A DNA stretch of 64,000 nucleotides from a bacterium (GCA_024226315.1 JAAELT010000565.1:10305-74304); one strand, 5' to 3'. Positions 38,440 through 47,825 are shown, numbered from the stretch's first letter. Translations and numbers: made by a program. Notes: generated by a model from the sequence alone, not told the origin.

Positions 38440-40614
38440 TCAGTCCTGTTCCACCCAGGCGTTGATCGCCATCGGCTCGGTCAGGCCGGTGCTCCACAGA
38501 TATCCGGTGCTCCACAGGTAGCCGGTGCTCCACAGATATCCGTCGACGTCCAGATCGGCAGTGCTCCACAGGTAGCCGGTGCTCCACAGGTAGCCGGTGC
38601 TCCACAGGTAGCCGGTGCTCCACAGGTACCCGTCTCCGGAGACCAGGCTGCCGTCCCACTCGAGACCATCCTGGCCTTCGATGTAGAAGCTGCCGTCCTC
38701 GGCCTCCCGAACCGGTCCGGCGTAGTGATCCACGCCGTTCAGGTCGCTGGCGATGTCGAGGCCACCGTTCGCGCAGCCGGACTCGGCCGAGGTCACCGCC
38801 TCGGCGGCGTTCACGATGCCGGCGCCCTGCTGGAAGATGCTGTAGGCGAGCTCGCCGTCGTCGTCGACCGCCGCTCGCGCGGTGGCGATCAGCCGGCACT
38901 TGACGTCGTCGGGAGTCAGCGTCGGGTCGGCCTGGAGGATCAACGCGGCGACGCCCGAGACCACGGCGGCCGCCTGAGAGGTGCCGGACATCACGAAGTA
39001 CTCGTAGCCGTCGTGGAACTTCTTGTAGGTCTTGGGGATGTGGTCCCCCTTCTCCATGATGCCCAGCAGGTGGCCACCGGGCGCGACGATCTCGGGTTTG
39101 ACGAAGCCTTCCACGGTCGGTCCGGCGGCCGAGAAGGTGGACAGGCGATCGTCGGAGGTGTCGCCGGGCGTGAAGTTGTCGGTCATCGCGCCGACGGTGA
39201 TCAGGTACGGCAGGTTGCCGGGCACGCCGACAGTCATCGGGTCGGGGCCGTTGTTGCCGGCCGAGGCCACCACGACGATCCCGGCTTCCCAGGCCGCCAT
39301 GATCGCCTGGTTCAGGGGGTCGTCCCAGTAGTGGGAGCGCGGCTCGGCGCTGATCGACAAATTCAGCACTCGGATGCCATAGGCGTCCTTGTGGTCGACG
39401 ACGAACTCGATGCCGCGGATGACGTCGGCGTAGGTGCCGAGACCGTGCTTGTCGAAAGCCTTGACCGAGACGATGTCGACGTTGGGCGCGACGCCGTTGT
39501 AGGTACCCATGGGCAGACCCCAGGGATCGGTCGACTCGCGGCTATTGGCGATGATGCTCCAGACGTGAGTGCCGTGGCCGTTGCCGTCCTTGGGGTTGTG
39601 GGTGTCGACGGTGTCGGCGATCGCGTCGTACTGCACCAGGATCCGATCCTGACCATGGGCGTTCTTCTTCAGGCCCTTGCCCTTGCCCCACACGCCGGTG
39701 TCGACCGCGGCGACGGTCACCCCATGGCCGTCGATGCCTTCGAGATGGAGCCCGGCGGCGGCGATCAGGGTGGGGAAGTAACTATCCCGCGCGGGGCCGT
39801 TGTTGCCCGGTTCGGGTTTGAGCTCCACGCACTGGCCGTCGGCGAACCCGAGCAGCAAGGAGTAGCTGGCCGGGCTCTGCAGAGCGGTGTGCTGGAATTC
39901 GAGCCGCAGCTCGGCGGTCTGTCCGGCGTCGATCTCGCGGTCGTGGCCGTGGCCCTTCCAGCCCGAATCGATGGTGGTGAAGTAGGGGTCCCGGTGGTGC
40001 TTGAAGATCTCCTTGCCCTCGAGCTTCACCTTCGTGAGCTTGCCGTTGGCATCGGGCCAGCTGACAGAGGCGCTCTCGAGCCGAATCGTGGCGCCCTCCG
40101 AGCTCGTGATGCGCCAATCGACCTTCTTGCCGTCGAAGCTCGGGTGCTCCTCGGCGCTGACGTTGGCGTTGCAGGCCGGGGCGAGGCGCGCGGAGCAATC
40201 GCTCTCCTCGAAGGCGACGTGGATCGTGTACAGCCCGTCGGCGTCGGCGTCCATCTTGAACTCGAACCTCAAGACCGCGCTCTCCCCAGGCTCGATCTCG
40301 CGGTCGTGCCGGTGGCCTTTCCAGCCGGAGTCGATCAGGGTCGACGTCGGGTGGCGCTTGTGCTTGAAGATCTCCTTGCCGCCGAGCCGGAGCTTTTCGA
40401 GCTCCTTGTTGGCGCCCGGCCAGCTCAGGAAGACGCTCTCGATGGTGAGATCGTCGTCGCCGTGGTTCGTGATCGTCCAGTCGACTTTCTTGCGGTCGAA
40501 CACGAGGCTGTCGGAAGCGGAGACGAGACACTCGCCGCTGCTGGTCGCCGCGACGGACAGCGCGGCGAGGATTGGAATCCAGAGTCGGCGCATGCCGACC
40601 TTCAGGTTGCTCAT
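38440..40614 (-). CDS. S8 subtilase, class A (YLWST tail), with two tandem N-terminal domains of unknown function
   Basis: Start set to the ATG at 40614 (MSNLKVGMRRLWIPILAAL), with GGAGGAG 9 nt upstream. Triad motifs are VAAVDTGV, NGHGTHVWS and MSGTSQAAAVVSG. The C-terminus has 7 x GYLWST then GLTEPMAINAWVEQD. Confidence 0.9.
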   Translation of the reverse strand: MSNLKVGMRRLWIPILAALSVAATSSGECLVSASDSLVFDRKKVDWTITNHGDDDLTIESVFLSWPGANKELEKLRLGGKEIFKHKRHPTSTLIDSGWKGHRHDREIEPGESAVLRFEFKMDADADGLYTIHVAFEESDCSARLAPACNANVSAEEHPSFDGKKVDWRITSSEGATIRLESASVSWPDANGKLTKVKLEGKEIFKHHRDPYFTTIDSGWKGHGHDREIDAGQTAELRLEFQHTALQSPASYSLLLGFADGQCVELKPEPGNNGPARDSYFPTLIAAAGLHLEGIDGHGVTVAAVDTGVWGKGKGLKKNAHGQDRILVQYDAIADTVDTHNPKDGNGHGTHVWSIIANSRESTDPWGLPMGTYNGVAPNVDIVSVKAFDKHGLGTYADVIRGIEFVVDHKDAYGIRVLNLSISAEPRSHYWDDPLNQAIMAAWEAGIVVVASAGNNGPDPMTVGVPGNLPYLITVGAMTDNFTPGDTSDDRLSTFSAAGPTVEGFVKPEIVAPGGHLLGIMEKGDHIPKTYKKFHDGYEYFVMSGTSQAAAVVSGVAALILQADPTLTPDDVKCRLIATARAAVDDDGELAYSIFQQGAGIVNAAEAVTSAESGCANGGLDIASDLNGVDHYAGPVREAEDGSFYIEGQDGLEWDGSLVSGDGYLWSTGYLWSTGYLWSTGYLWSTADLDVDGYLWSTGYLWSTGYLWSTGLTEPMAINAWVEQD
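38488..38631 (-). repeat. 18-bp coding tandem repeat (7 GYLWST units, one ADLDVD interruption)
   Basis: The plus strand reads GGTGCTCCACAG[AG]TA[TG]CC repeated. Confidence 0.9.
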
Positions 40615-40698
40615 CTGGTCTATCTCCTCCGTCGATTCGCGATCTCTACTTCGATTCAGAGGATCTCGCGGCAACCTGAACGCCGCTTTGTGCCGAGA

Positions 40699-40715
40699 TT
40701 AAGGCATCTTTAAGG
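40699..40715 (-). promoter_or_regulatory. TTAAGG-N5-TTAAGG direct repeat (11-bp phase)
   Basis: GAGATTAAGGCATCTTTAAGGG, 85-100 nt upstream of the ATG at 40614. Confidence 0.45.
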
Positions 40716-40718
40716 GAG

Positions 40719-42374
40719 CTACTCCTGCTCGACCCACATGTTGACCGCCGCCGGCTCGACCAGGCCGTCGGTCCACAGGTATCCGTCTGTCCACAGATAG
40801 CCGTCGGTCCAGAAGTATCCGTCTGTCCAGAGGTATCCGTCGGTCCACAGGTATCCGTCTGTCCACAGATAGCCGTCGGTCCAGAGGTATCCGTCGGTCC
40901 ACAGGTAGCCGCCGGGCCAGACGGTGCCGTCACCGTCGAGGTCGGCGAGGTAGAAGTTGCCGTCCTCGTCCTGGTGGGCGCGGCCGCCATAGTGCGCGGC
41001 GCCGGCCAGGTCCTTGGCGACGTCGAGTCCGTTGTTGGCGCAGCCGGCGGCGGTCGAGTAGACGGCGTCGCGGGCGTGGACCATACCGGCCCCCTGCTGG
41101 AAGACGCTGTAGGCCAGGGTGCCGGCGGCGCGCACTGCGGGCCGGGCCGAGGCCATCAGCCGGCATTTGACCTCGTCGGGGGTGAGCTGGGGCTCTGCCT
41201 GAATCAGCAGCGCGGCGGCGGCGGAAACGACGGCCGCCGCCTGTGAGGTGCCGGACATGTAGAAGTATTCCCCGTAGATCCATTCCGGATACAACAGAGG
41301 AATCCGTTGATCGGCGTAGGCCTTTGCCAGGATGTGGCCGCCGGGGGCGACGATCTCCGGCTTGACGAAGCCTTCCGCCGTCGGGCCGGCGGCGGAGAAT
41401 GAGGCCAGGAAGTCGTCCCCGGGCATTGCCGGGGTGACGCCGTCGGACATGGCGCCGACGGTGATGGCGTAGGGATTGTTGCCCGGCACACCGATGGTCA
41501 TCGGGTCGGGCCCGGTGTTGCCGGCCGAGGCCACCACCACGATGCCCGCCTGCCAGGCCGCCATCACCGCCTGGTTCAGCGGATCGTCCCAGTAGTGCGA
41601 CTGCGGCGCGGCCGAGAACGACAGGTTCAGCACCCGGATGTTCAACTTCCGTTTGTAGTGCACGATCCAGTCGATGCCACGGATGACGTCGGCGTAGGAG
41701 CCGTTGCCGTCGTCGGCGAAGGCCTTGACCGCGAGCAGCGTGGCTCCAGGGGCGATGCCGTTGTACGCCAGCGGGTCGCCGCCCTTGCGGTTGTCGACCG
41801 CGATGCTCGCCAGGTGGGTGCCGTGCCCGTGCCCGTCGTCGGCCGTGAAGGTGCCGGAGATCGCGTCGTAGTCCTGCCAGGACACGAAGTGTGGATCATT
41901 GGCGGTCATCAGCGCCAGAGGCGGTGCGCGCAGTCCGGTGTCGAGCACCGCGATACCGATGCCGGCGCCTGTGATGCCTTCGTCGTGGAGCTGATCGGCG
42001 CCGATCAGGCGTGGATACTCGGTGTAGGGTCCGGGGTCGTCGCTGTCCATGTCCGAGAGGGCGTCGACGCCCACCTTGCGGTCGTCGTAGATGCGAGTGA
42101 CCGCGGTGTGCTCTTCGAGGGCGGCGCGCTGGGCCGCGGTGAGCTCGGCGCCCGCCGCGCGGATGATCCGCAGCTCGTGGGTGACCTCGCCACCGACCTC
42201 GTGCACCGCGGCGCGAACGGCCGGCAGGTCCTTGCCTTGCACAATCACAGCGGTCGTGGGTTGTTCGGGTGCGATCTCGCTGTCGGTCGGTACCGTCGAG
42301 GCACAGGAGAGGAACAGGAACCCCCCTCCGATGACGGCGGCGAACAGGGATCTCGGGCGCTTTCGGCTCAACAT
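40719..42374 (-). CDS. S8 subtilase, class B (I9 propeptide, YLWTD tail)
   Basis: Signal peptide has FLFLSC. I9-like segment is VIVQGKDLPAVRAAVHEVGGEVTHELRIIRAAGAELTAAQ. Triad motifs are IAVLDTGL, HGHGTHLAS and MSGTSQAAAVVS. The C-terminus has 8 x GY[LF]WTD then GLVEPAAVNMWVEQE. Confidence 0.9.
   Translation of the reverse strand: MLSRKRPRSLFAAVIGGGFLFLSCASTVPTDSEIAPEQPTTAVIVQGKDLPAVRAAVHEVGGEVTHELRIIRAAGAELTAAQRAALEEHTAVTRIYDDRKVGVDALSDMDSDDPGPYTEYPRLIGADQLHDEGITGAGIGIAVLDTGLRAPPLALMTANDPHFVSWQDYDAISGTFTADDGHGHGTHLASIAVDNRKGGDPLAYNGIAPGATLLAVKAFADDGNGSYADVIRGIDWIVHYKRKLNIRVLNLSFSAAPQSHYWDDPLNQAVMAAWQAGIVVVASAGNTGPDPMTIGVPGNNPYAITVGAMSDGVTPAMPGDDFLASFSAAGPTAEGFVKPEIVAPGGHILAKAYADQRIPLLYPEWIYGEYFYMSGTSQAAAVVSAAAALLIQAEPQLTPDEVKCRLMASARPAVRAAGTLAYSVFQQGAGMVHARDAVYSTAAGCANNGLDVAKDLAGAAHYGGRAHQDEDGNFYLADLDGDGTVWPGGYLWTDGYLWTDGYLWTDGYLWTDGYLWTDGYFWTDGYLWTDGYLWTDGLVEPAAVNMWVEQE
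40767..40910 (-). repeat. 18-bp coding tandem repeat (8 units)
   Basis: The plus strand reads GTCGGTCCACAGGTA[TG]CC repeated. Confidence 0.9.
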
Positions 42375-42401
42375 ATCGCTATTCCTTCCGGTCGAAGTTC
42401 G

Positions 42402-43895
42402 TTACTCCGGCGGTACCCAGGCGTTGATCGCCAGGGTCTCGTTCAAGGTAGTGCTCCAGAGGTAGCCGCTGCTCGAGAAGTCGTCTGTCGTGCTCCACAG
42501 GTAACCGTCGTTCCAGAGGTTGCCGGTGCTCCACAGATAGCCGTCGTTCCAGAGGTTGCCGGTGCTCCACAGGTAGCCGTCGTTCCAGAGGTTGCCGGTG
42601 CTCCACAGGTAGCCGGAGCCGGAGACGTAGCGGCCGTCCCACGCGAGACCTTCAGTGCCCTCGACGTAGAAGCTGCCGTCCTCGGCCTCGCGTGCCGGTC
42701 CGAAGTAGTGCTCGACGTCGCCGAGATCCTTTGCGATGTCGAGACCGCCGTTGGCGCAGCCGGTGGCGGTGGAGAAGGCGGCGCCCGCGGCGTCCGCCAG
42801 GCCGGCTCCCTGCTGAAAGACGCTGTAGGCGAGGCCGCCGTCGTTGTCGACCGCCGGGCGGGCCGAGGCGATCAGCCGGCACTTGACGCCGTCAGGGGTG
42901 AGCGACGGGTCGGCCTGCAGCAACAGGGCGGCGATCCCCGATACCACCGCGGCGGCCTGGGAGGTGCCCGACATGGTGAAGTACTCGCCGTGCTCGCGAA
43001 ACTCTGGATGCTCGAAAGCGATGGTAGAGAAGTAGGGCATGATTCCCAGCATGTGCCCGCCGGGCGCCACCACCTCCGGCTTGAGGAAGGCTTCGTAGGT
43101 CGGGCCGGTGGCCGAGAAGGAGGCGAGGAGATCGTCGCCGTCGTCGCCCGGGGTGAAGTTGTCGGTCATGGCGCCGACGGTGATCACGTAGGGCACGTTG
43201 CCGGGTACGCCGACGGTCATCGCATCGGGGCCGTTGTTGCCGGCCGAGGTCACGACCACGATCCCCGCCTGCCAGGCGGCCATCACGGACTGCGCCAGGG
43301 GATCCTCCCAGTAGTGGGAGCGGACCGGGCCGCTGAACGAGAGATTGAGCACGCGGATGCCGTAGGCGTCGCGGTTCGCCACGACCCAGTCGATGCCCCG
43401 GATGACGTCGCCGTAGGTGGCGACGCCGTCGGAGTCGAAGGCCTTGACCACCACCAGATCGGCATCGGGCGCGACGCCGTTGTACTTGCTCTCGGTGCCG
43501 CCGATCCCGCTGCCCGTGGCGATCGAGACGACGTGCGCGGAATGGCCGTTGTAGTCGGTGTAGCTGTGCGATACCTCGCGGTCTTCGATGGCGTCGTACT
43601 GCGCCAGGAGTCGGTAGTCGCCGCTGGCGTTCTCGGCCAGGACCGAGCTCCAGGCGTAGCCGGTGTCGATCACCGCGATGGTCACACCGTGGCCGGTGAT
43701 GCCTTGCTCGTGGAGGGCGTCGGCGCCGATCCGGTTGGGGAAGTCGCTGTACGGTGTGGTGAAGACCGGGCCGGTGCCCCAGCCGCCCCAGCCCCAGGCC
43801 ACGGGCGCGTTCCAGGCCAGTGAAGCCATCGCCAGCAGAATCACCGGCAGGATCCGTCCGTTCAGTGTCCGCGGGTTCGTCGTCGGCGTTTTCAT
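42402..43895 (-). CDS. S8 subtilase, class A (no propeptide, alternating YLWST/NLWND tail)
   Basis: Signal peptide is followed directly by the catalytic domain. Triad motifs are IAVIDTGY, NGHSAHVVS and MSGTSQAAAVVSG. The tail has 5 YLWST plus 3 NLWND units then TLNETLAINAWVPPE. It lies only 27 nt upstream of the next gene. Confidence 0.9.
   Translation of the reverse strand: MKTPTTNPRTLNGRILPVILLAMASLAWNAPVAWGWGGWGTGPVFTTPYSDFPNRIGADALHEQGITGHGVTIAVIDTGYAWSSVLAENASGDYRLLAQYDAIEDREVSHSYTDYNGHSAHVVSIATGSGIGGTESKYNGVAPDADLVVVKAFDSDGVATYGDVIRGIDWVVANRDAYGIRVLNLSFSGPVRSHYWEDPLAQSVMAAWQAGIVVVTSAGNNGPDAMTVGVPGNVPYVITVGAMTDNFTPGDDGDDLLASFSATGPTYEAFLKPEVVAPGGHMLGIMPYFSTIAFEHPEFREHGEYFTMSGTSQAAAVVSGIAALLLQADPSLTPDGVKCRLIASARPAVDNDGGLAYSVFQQGAGLADAAGAAFSTATGCANGGLDIAKDLGDVEHYFGPAREAEDGSFYVEGTEGLAWDGRYVSGSGYLWSTGNLWNDGYLWSTGNLWNDGYLWSTGNLWNDGYLWSTTDDFSSSGYLWSTTLNETLAINAWVPPE
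42450..42614 (-). repeat. 36-bp (2 x 18) coding tandem repeat
   Basis: GYLWSTGNLWND x3, plus GYLWST, a TDDFSSS spacer, and GYLWST. Confidence 0.9.
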
Positions 43896-43977
43896 CGTCC
43901 GCCCCTCTCGTCCGTGGTCGTTCGTGTTGACGGACTCGATCGTGCCGGTCGCGCTTGAACGGTGCTTTGCGCCGAGA

Positions 43978-43994
43978 TTAAGGTTCCATTAACG
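43978..43994 (-). promoter_or_regulatory. TTAAGG-N5-TTAACG direct repeat (11-bp phase)
   Basis: GAGATTAAGGTTCCATTAACGG, 85-100 nt upstream of the ATG at 43895. Confidence 0.45.
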
Positions 43995-44051
43995 GACGAC
44001 GCCACCGCGCCGGGGCGGTGGCGAAGCGTGCGGAGTCGTCGGACTCCGGGA

Positions 44052-46181
44052 CTACTCCTGGTCGACCCACATGTTGATCGCCGCCGGCTCGGCCAGGCTG
44101 CCGGTCCACAGGTAGCCGTCGGGGTAGACGTTGGTCCACAGGTAGCCGTTGGTCCACAGGTAGCCGTCGGTCCACAGGTAACCGTCGGTCCACAGGTAGC
44201 CGTTGGTCCACAGGTAGCCGCTGGTCCACAGGTAGGCCTCAGTCCACAGGTAGCCGCCGGACCACACGGTGCCGTCGCCCTCCAGGCCGGTGATGTAATA
44301 GTCGCCGTTCGCGTCCTGGTTGGCGCGGCCGCCGTAGTGCTCGATGCCGGCCAGATCCTTGGCCACGTCGAGGCCGCCGTTGACACAGCCGGAAGCGGTC
44401 GAGGCCACCGCGTCGGGGGCGTGGACCATGCCGGCGCCCTGCTGGAAGACGCTGTAGGCGAGGGTGCCGTCGGAACGCACCGCGGGGTGGGCGGAGGCCA
44501 TCAGGCGGCACTTGAGATCCTCGGGAGTGAGGGTGGGGTCGGCCTGGAGCAGGAGCGCCGCGATGCCCGAAACCACCGCCGCCGCCTGAGAGGTGCCCGA
44601 CATGTAGAAGTAGTCGCCGTCGATCCAGCCCGGATGCTGGCTCGGGATGGTCTGGCTGGCCTTCGCGATCCCCAGCATGTGGCCTCCAGGTGCCACCACC
44701 TCGGGCTTGACGAACCCCTCCACGGTCGGGCCCGCGGCGGAGAAGGAGGTCAGGAAGTCGTCGCCGGCGGTCTCCGGAGTGACACCGTCGGACATGGCGC
44801 CGACCGTGACGACGTAGGGCACGTTGCCCGGCACGCCGATCGTCATGGGCTCGGGACCGGTGTTGCCGGCCGAGGCCACCACTACGATGCCGGCCCGCCA
44901 GGCGGCCATCACCGCCTGATTCAGCGGGTCGTCCCAGTAGTGGGAGCGCGGCTCGGCGCTGATCGAGAGGTTGAGGATCCGGATGCCGTAGAAGCTCTCG
45001 TTGGTGACGACCCAGTCGATCGCCCGGATGACGTCGGCGTACGTCCCCTGGCCGTTCGCGCCGAAGGCCTTGACCACCACCAGATCGGCGTCCGGCGCGA
45101 CCCCGTTGTGAGCCCCCGGCCGGGAGCGCGGGCGCTGGCTGTCCGCGATGATGCTGGCGACGTGGGTGCCGTGACCGTGACCGTCGTCCGCGATGTTCTC
45201 CTGGTCCGCAATGGCGTCGTAACGCGCCAGGACGCGGCTCGCACCCTGGGTGTTCTTGGCCAGGCTGCGCCACGACGTCATTCCGGTGTCGACCACGGCG
45301 ACCGTGACCCCGTCGCCGGTAATCCCCTGGCCGTGGAGCAGATCCGCACCTATCAGCGCCGGGAACTCGCTGTACCGGACTGTCGCGAACGCGATCTCCA
45401 GGTTGTCGACGTAGAAGAATTCGTCGGGCCCGCCGTAGAGTTTGTGAACCCGGAATCGCACGGTGGTGTCGGCCGAGAGATAGTCGCTGATGTCGTACTG
45501 TCGGGAGCCCGAGGCGGCGCCTTCGATGTCATCGAAGATCTCCAGCACCGTGTAGCTCGAGCCGCCGTCGTCGGAGATCTCGACGGCAATCTCGTCCTCG
45601 AAGGCCTCTACGCCGGGGCTGGTCCGGAAGTCGAAGCTAAGGGCGGCGGAGCTGACCCCGGAGAGATTCACCTCCCGGGCGGCGCTCGGCTGAGTACCGG
45701 TGTTCGGCCGGTCGCCCAGCCGGAGCTCGCCGGTCACGATCCGGACCTGGCCGTAGGTCGGGCCGGCGCTCTCGACGTCGTCTTCGATCCAGCCGCCGTC
45801 CCAGCTCGCCGTGCCGTCGTCGTTGGTGAACGACGCGGTGTCGAACTCGTCGCGAACCATCTGCTGCGCGGCGTCGATGCCGATCTTACGGTCCTCGTAA
45901 ATGCGGGTGACCGCGTCGTGCCGCCCGAGGGCGGCGCGCTGGGCGGCGGTGAGCTCGGCGCCCGCCGCGCGGATGATTCGCAGCTCGTGGGTGACCTCGC
46001 CGCCGACCTCGCGCACCGCCGCGACGACGGCCGTCAGGTCGGTGCCCTGGACGATCACCGTCGTCGGCCGCTCGGGGGTGGATCCGTTCTCGGTCGGTAC
46101 CGTCGAGGCGCAGGACAGGAACACGAGCCCCCAACTCATGGCGACGGCGAACAAGTATCTCGGGCAGTCTTGGCAAGACAT
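44052..46181 (-). CDS. S8 subtilase, class B (I9 propeptide, inserted beta-sandwich-like domain, YLWT tail)
   Basis: Start reset to the ATG at 46181 (MSCQDCPRYLFAVAMSWGLVFLSCAST) by homology with the 42374 start region. Triad motifs are VAVVDTGM, HGHGTHVAS and MSGTSQAAAVVSG. The tail has 8 units then SLAEPAAINMWVDQE. Confidence 0.85.
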   Translation of the reverse strand: MSCQDCPRYLFAVAMSWGLVFLSCASTVPTENGSTPERPTTVIVQGTDLTAVVAAVREVGGEVTHELRIIRAAGAELTAAQRAALGRHDAVTRIYEDRKIGIDAAQQMVRDEFDTASFTNDDGTASWDGGWIEDDVESAGPTYGQVRIVTGELRLGDRPNTGTQPSAAREVNLSGVSSAALSFDFRTSPGVEAFEDEIAVEISDDGGSSYTVLEIFDDIEGAASGSRQYDISDYLSADTTVRFRVHKLYGGPDEFFYVDNLEIAFATVRYSEFPALIGADLLHGQGITGDGVTVAVVDTGMTSWRSLAKNTQGASRVLARYDAIADQENIADDGHGHGTHVASIIADSQRPRSRPGAHNGVAPDADLVVVKAFGANGQGTYADVIRAIDWVVTNESFYGIRILNLSISAEPRSHYWDDPLNQAVMAAWRAGIVVVASAGNTGPEPMTIGVPGNVPYVVTVGAMSDGVTPETAGDDFLTSFSAAGPTVEGFVKPEVVAPGGHMLGIAKASQTIPSQHPGWIDGDYFYMSGTSQAAAVVSGIAALLLQADPTLTPEDLKCRLMASAHPAVRSDGTLAYSVFQQGAGMVHAPDAVASTASGCVNGGLDVAKDLAGIEHYGGRANQDANGDYYITGLEGDGTVWSGGYLWTEAYLWTSGYLWTNGYLWTDGYLWTDGYLWTNGYLWTNVYPDGYLWTGSLAEPAAINMWVDQE
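44100..44255 (-). repeat. 18-bp coding tandem repeat (8 units, one VYPD interruption)
   Basis: YLWTE/S/N/D/D/N/N ... YLWTG. Confidence 0.9.
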
Positions 46182-46207
46182 ATCGTACTTCCTTGTGTCG
46201 AAGGTCG

Positions 46208-46300
46208 TTACGCCGGCGGTACCCAGGCATTGATCGCCAGCTGTTCGGTCAAGGCGGTGCTCCAGAGGTAGCCGCTGTTCCACATGTCGTCGCCGAAATC
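46208..46300 (-). pseudogene. relic of the last ~30 codons of a class A subtilase
   Basis: My translation reads DFGDDMWNSGYLWSTALTEQLAINAWVPPA-stop. It and the following 26-nt spacer are colinear with the 42402 stop / 42374 start junction (CATATCG...GTCGAAG.TCGTTAC.CCGGCGGTACCCAGGC). Confidence 0.6.
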
Positions 46301-46417
46301 TCTTGTCAGTCTCGTGTCGGCGTCACTCTCGAGTTGGTCAGTCGTCTGTTGTTGCAAAGTGGTCCGAGATCGACGCCGAGGTTCCAGGACGCGCCTTGAG
46401 GTCGCTTTGGGGCCTGG

Positions 46418-46434
46418 TTAAGCTCTGTTTAAGC
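46418..46434 (-). promoter_or_regulatory. TTAAGC-N5-TTAAGC direct repeat (11-bp phase)
   Basis: GGTTAAGCTCTGTTTAAGCGG, upstream of the relic and the 46181 gene. Confidence 0.4.
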
Positions 46435-46445
46435 GGCGTGTCCGC

Positions 46446-47825
46446 TTACTCCTGGTCAACCCAGTCGTTGATCGCCGCGGGCTCGATCAAGCCGGTGCTC
46501 CACAGGTAGCCGGTGCTCCACAGATAGCCGGTGCTCCACAGGTAGCCGGTGCTCCACAGATAGCCGTCGTTCCACAGATTGCCGGTGCTCCACAGGTAGC
46601 CGGTGCTCCACAGGTAGCCCGTTCCTGACACGTAGGTGCCGTCCCACTCGTAGCCGCCGTGGCCCTCGATGTAGAAGCTGCCGTCGGCGGCCTCGCGCAC
46701 CGGTCCGGCGTAGTGCTCGATGTCGGCGAGGTCATTGTCGACGTCGATGCCGCCGTTGGCGCAGCCGGTTTTGGTGGAGTAGACCGCGTCGAAGGCGTTG
46801 ATCACGCCGGCGCCCTGCTGGAAGACGCTGTAGGCGAGCTCGTCCTCGTCGACCGCCGGCCTGGCCGAGGCAATCAGCCGGCACTTGACGTCGTCGGGGG
46901 TGAGGGACGGGTCAGCCTGGAGCATCAAGGCGGCGGCGCCCGAGACCACCGCGGCCGCCTGGGAGGTGCCGGAGATCTGGTGCCAAGTGCCGTCCACCTG
47001 GGATTCGGGATGGTCCTTGGGAATCTGCGAGCCGGGCTTGATCTGGCCCAGCATGTGGCCGCCGGGAGCCACCATCTCGGGCTTCAGGAAGGCCTCGAAG
47101 CTCGGGCCGGCGGAGGAGAACGAGGCCAGGCGATCGTCGCTTCCGTCGTCGGGGGTGTAGCTGTCGGTCATGGCGCCGACGGTGATGATGTACGGCACGT
47201 TGCCCGGCACGCCGATCGTGATCGGGTCCGGCCCGGTGTTGCCGGCCGAGGCCACCACCACGATCCCCGCGCGCCACGCCTCCATCACCGCCTGGTTCAG
47301 CGGGTCGTCCCAGTAGAAGGAGTTCAGCGGCGCGCTCATCGACAGGTTGAGCACGCGGATGTTGTAGGCGTCCTTGTTGTCGATGATCCACTGGAGGCCG
47401 CGGATCACGTGGGCGTAGGTGCCGCTGCCCCGCTTGTCGAAGGCCATGACCGCCACCAGGTCGGCGTCGGGCGCCAGGCTGTTGTAGCCCTCGGGAGCCT
47501 CGGCGCTCGACAGCGCGATACTGGCGAGGTGGGTGCCGTGGCCGCTCTTGTCCTTGGCCTTGCCGGCCTTGTCCTTGATCGCGTCGTACTCGGCCAGCAG
47601 GCGGTGTTCGCCCAGGGTGTTCTTCTTGAGGTCGCGGTGGTTCCAGATGCCGGTGTCGAGGAACGCCACGGTGATGCCGTAGCCGGTGATGCCCTGAACG
47701 TGAAGCGCGTCGGCGCCGACCAGGCTCGGGAAGTGCGCGTAGGGAGGATTGCTCTCGGCCTCGATCGGTGCAGCGGCGCAGGTGATCGTCAGGAGGCAGA
47801 GGGCGGAAAGCCAGGTCTTGTTCAT
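46446..47825 (-). CDS. S8 subtilase, class A (no propeptide)
   Basis: Signal peptide is MNKTWLSALCLLTITCAAAPIEA. Triad motifs are VAFLDTGI, SGHGTHLAS and ISGTSQAAAVVSG. The tail has 6 YLWST plus 1 NLWND then GLIEPAAINDWVDQE. Confidence 0.9.
   Translation of the reverse strand: MNKTWLSALCLLTITCAAAPIEAESNPPYAHFPSLVGADALHVQGITGYGITVAFLDTGIWNHRDLKKNTLGEHRLLAEYDAIKDKAGKAKDKSGHGTHLASIALSSAEAPEGYNSLAPDADLVAVMAFDKRGSGTYAHVIRGLQWIIDNKDAYNIRVLNLSMSAPLNSFYWDDPLNQAVMEAWRAGIVVVASAGNTGPDPITIGVPGNVPYIITVGAMTDSYTPDDGSDDRLASFSSAGPSFEAFLKPEMVAPGGHMLGQIKPGSQIPKDHPESQVDGTWHQISGTSQAAAVVSGAAALMLQADPSLTPDDVKCRLIASARPAVDEDELAYSVFQQGAGVINAFDAVYSTKTGCANGGIDVDNDLADIEHYAGPVREAADGSFYIEGHGGYEWDGTYVSGTGYLWSTGYLWSTGNLWNDGYLWSTGYLWSTGYLWSTGYLWSTGLIEPAAINDWVDQE
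46494..46619 (-). repeat. 18-bp coding tandem repeat (7 units)
   Basis: The plus strand reads GGTGCTCCACAG[GA]TAGCC repeated. Confidence 0.9.

Noticed and set aside
40767-40910. YLWTD resembles the YWTD motif of LDL-receptor class B (LY) beta-propeller repeats.
   Set aside because: LY blades are about 40-45 residues with one YWTD each. Here the period is 6 residues, so the resemblance is only at the motif level.
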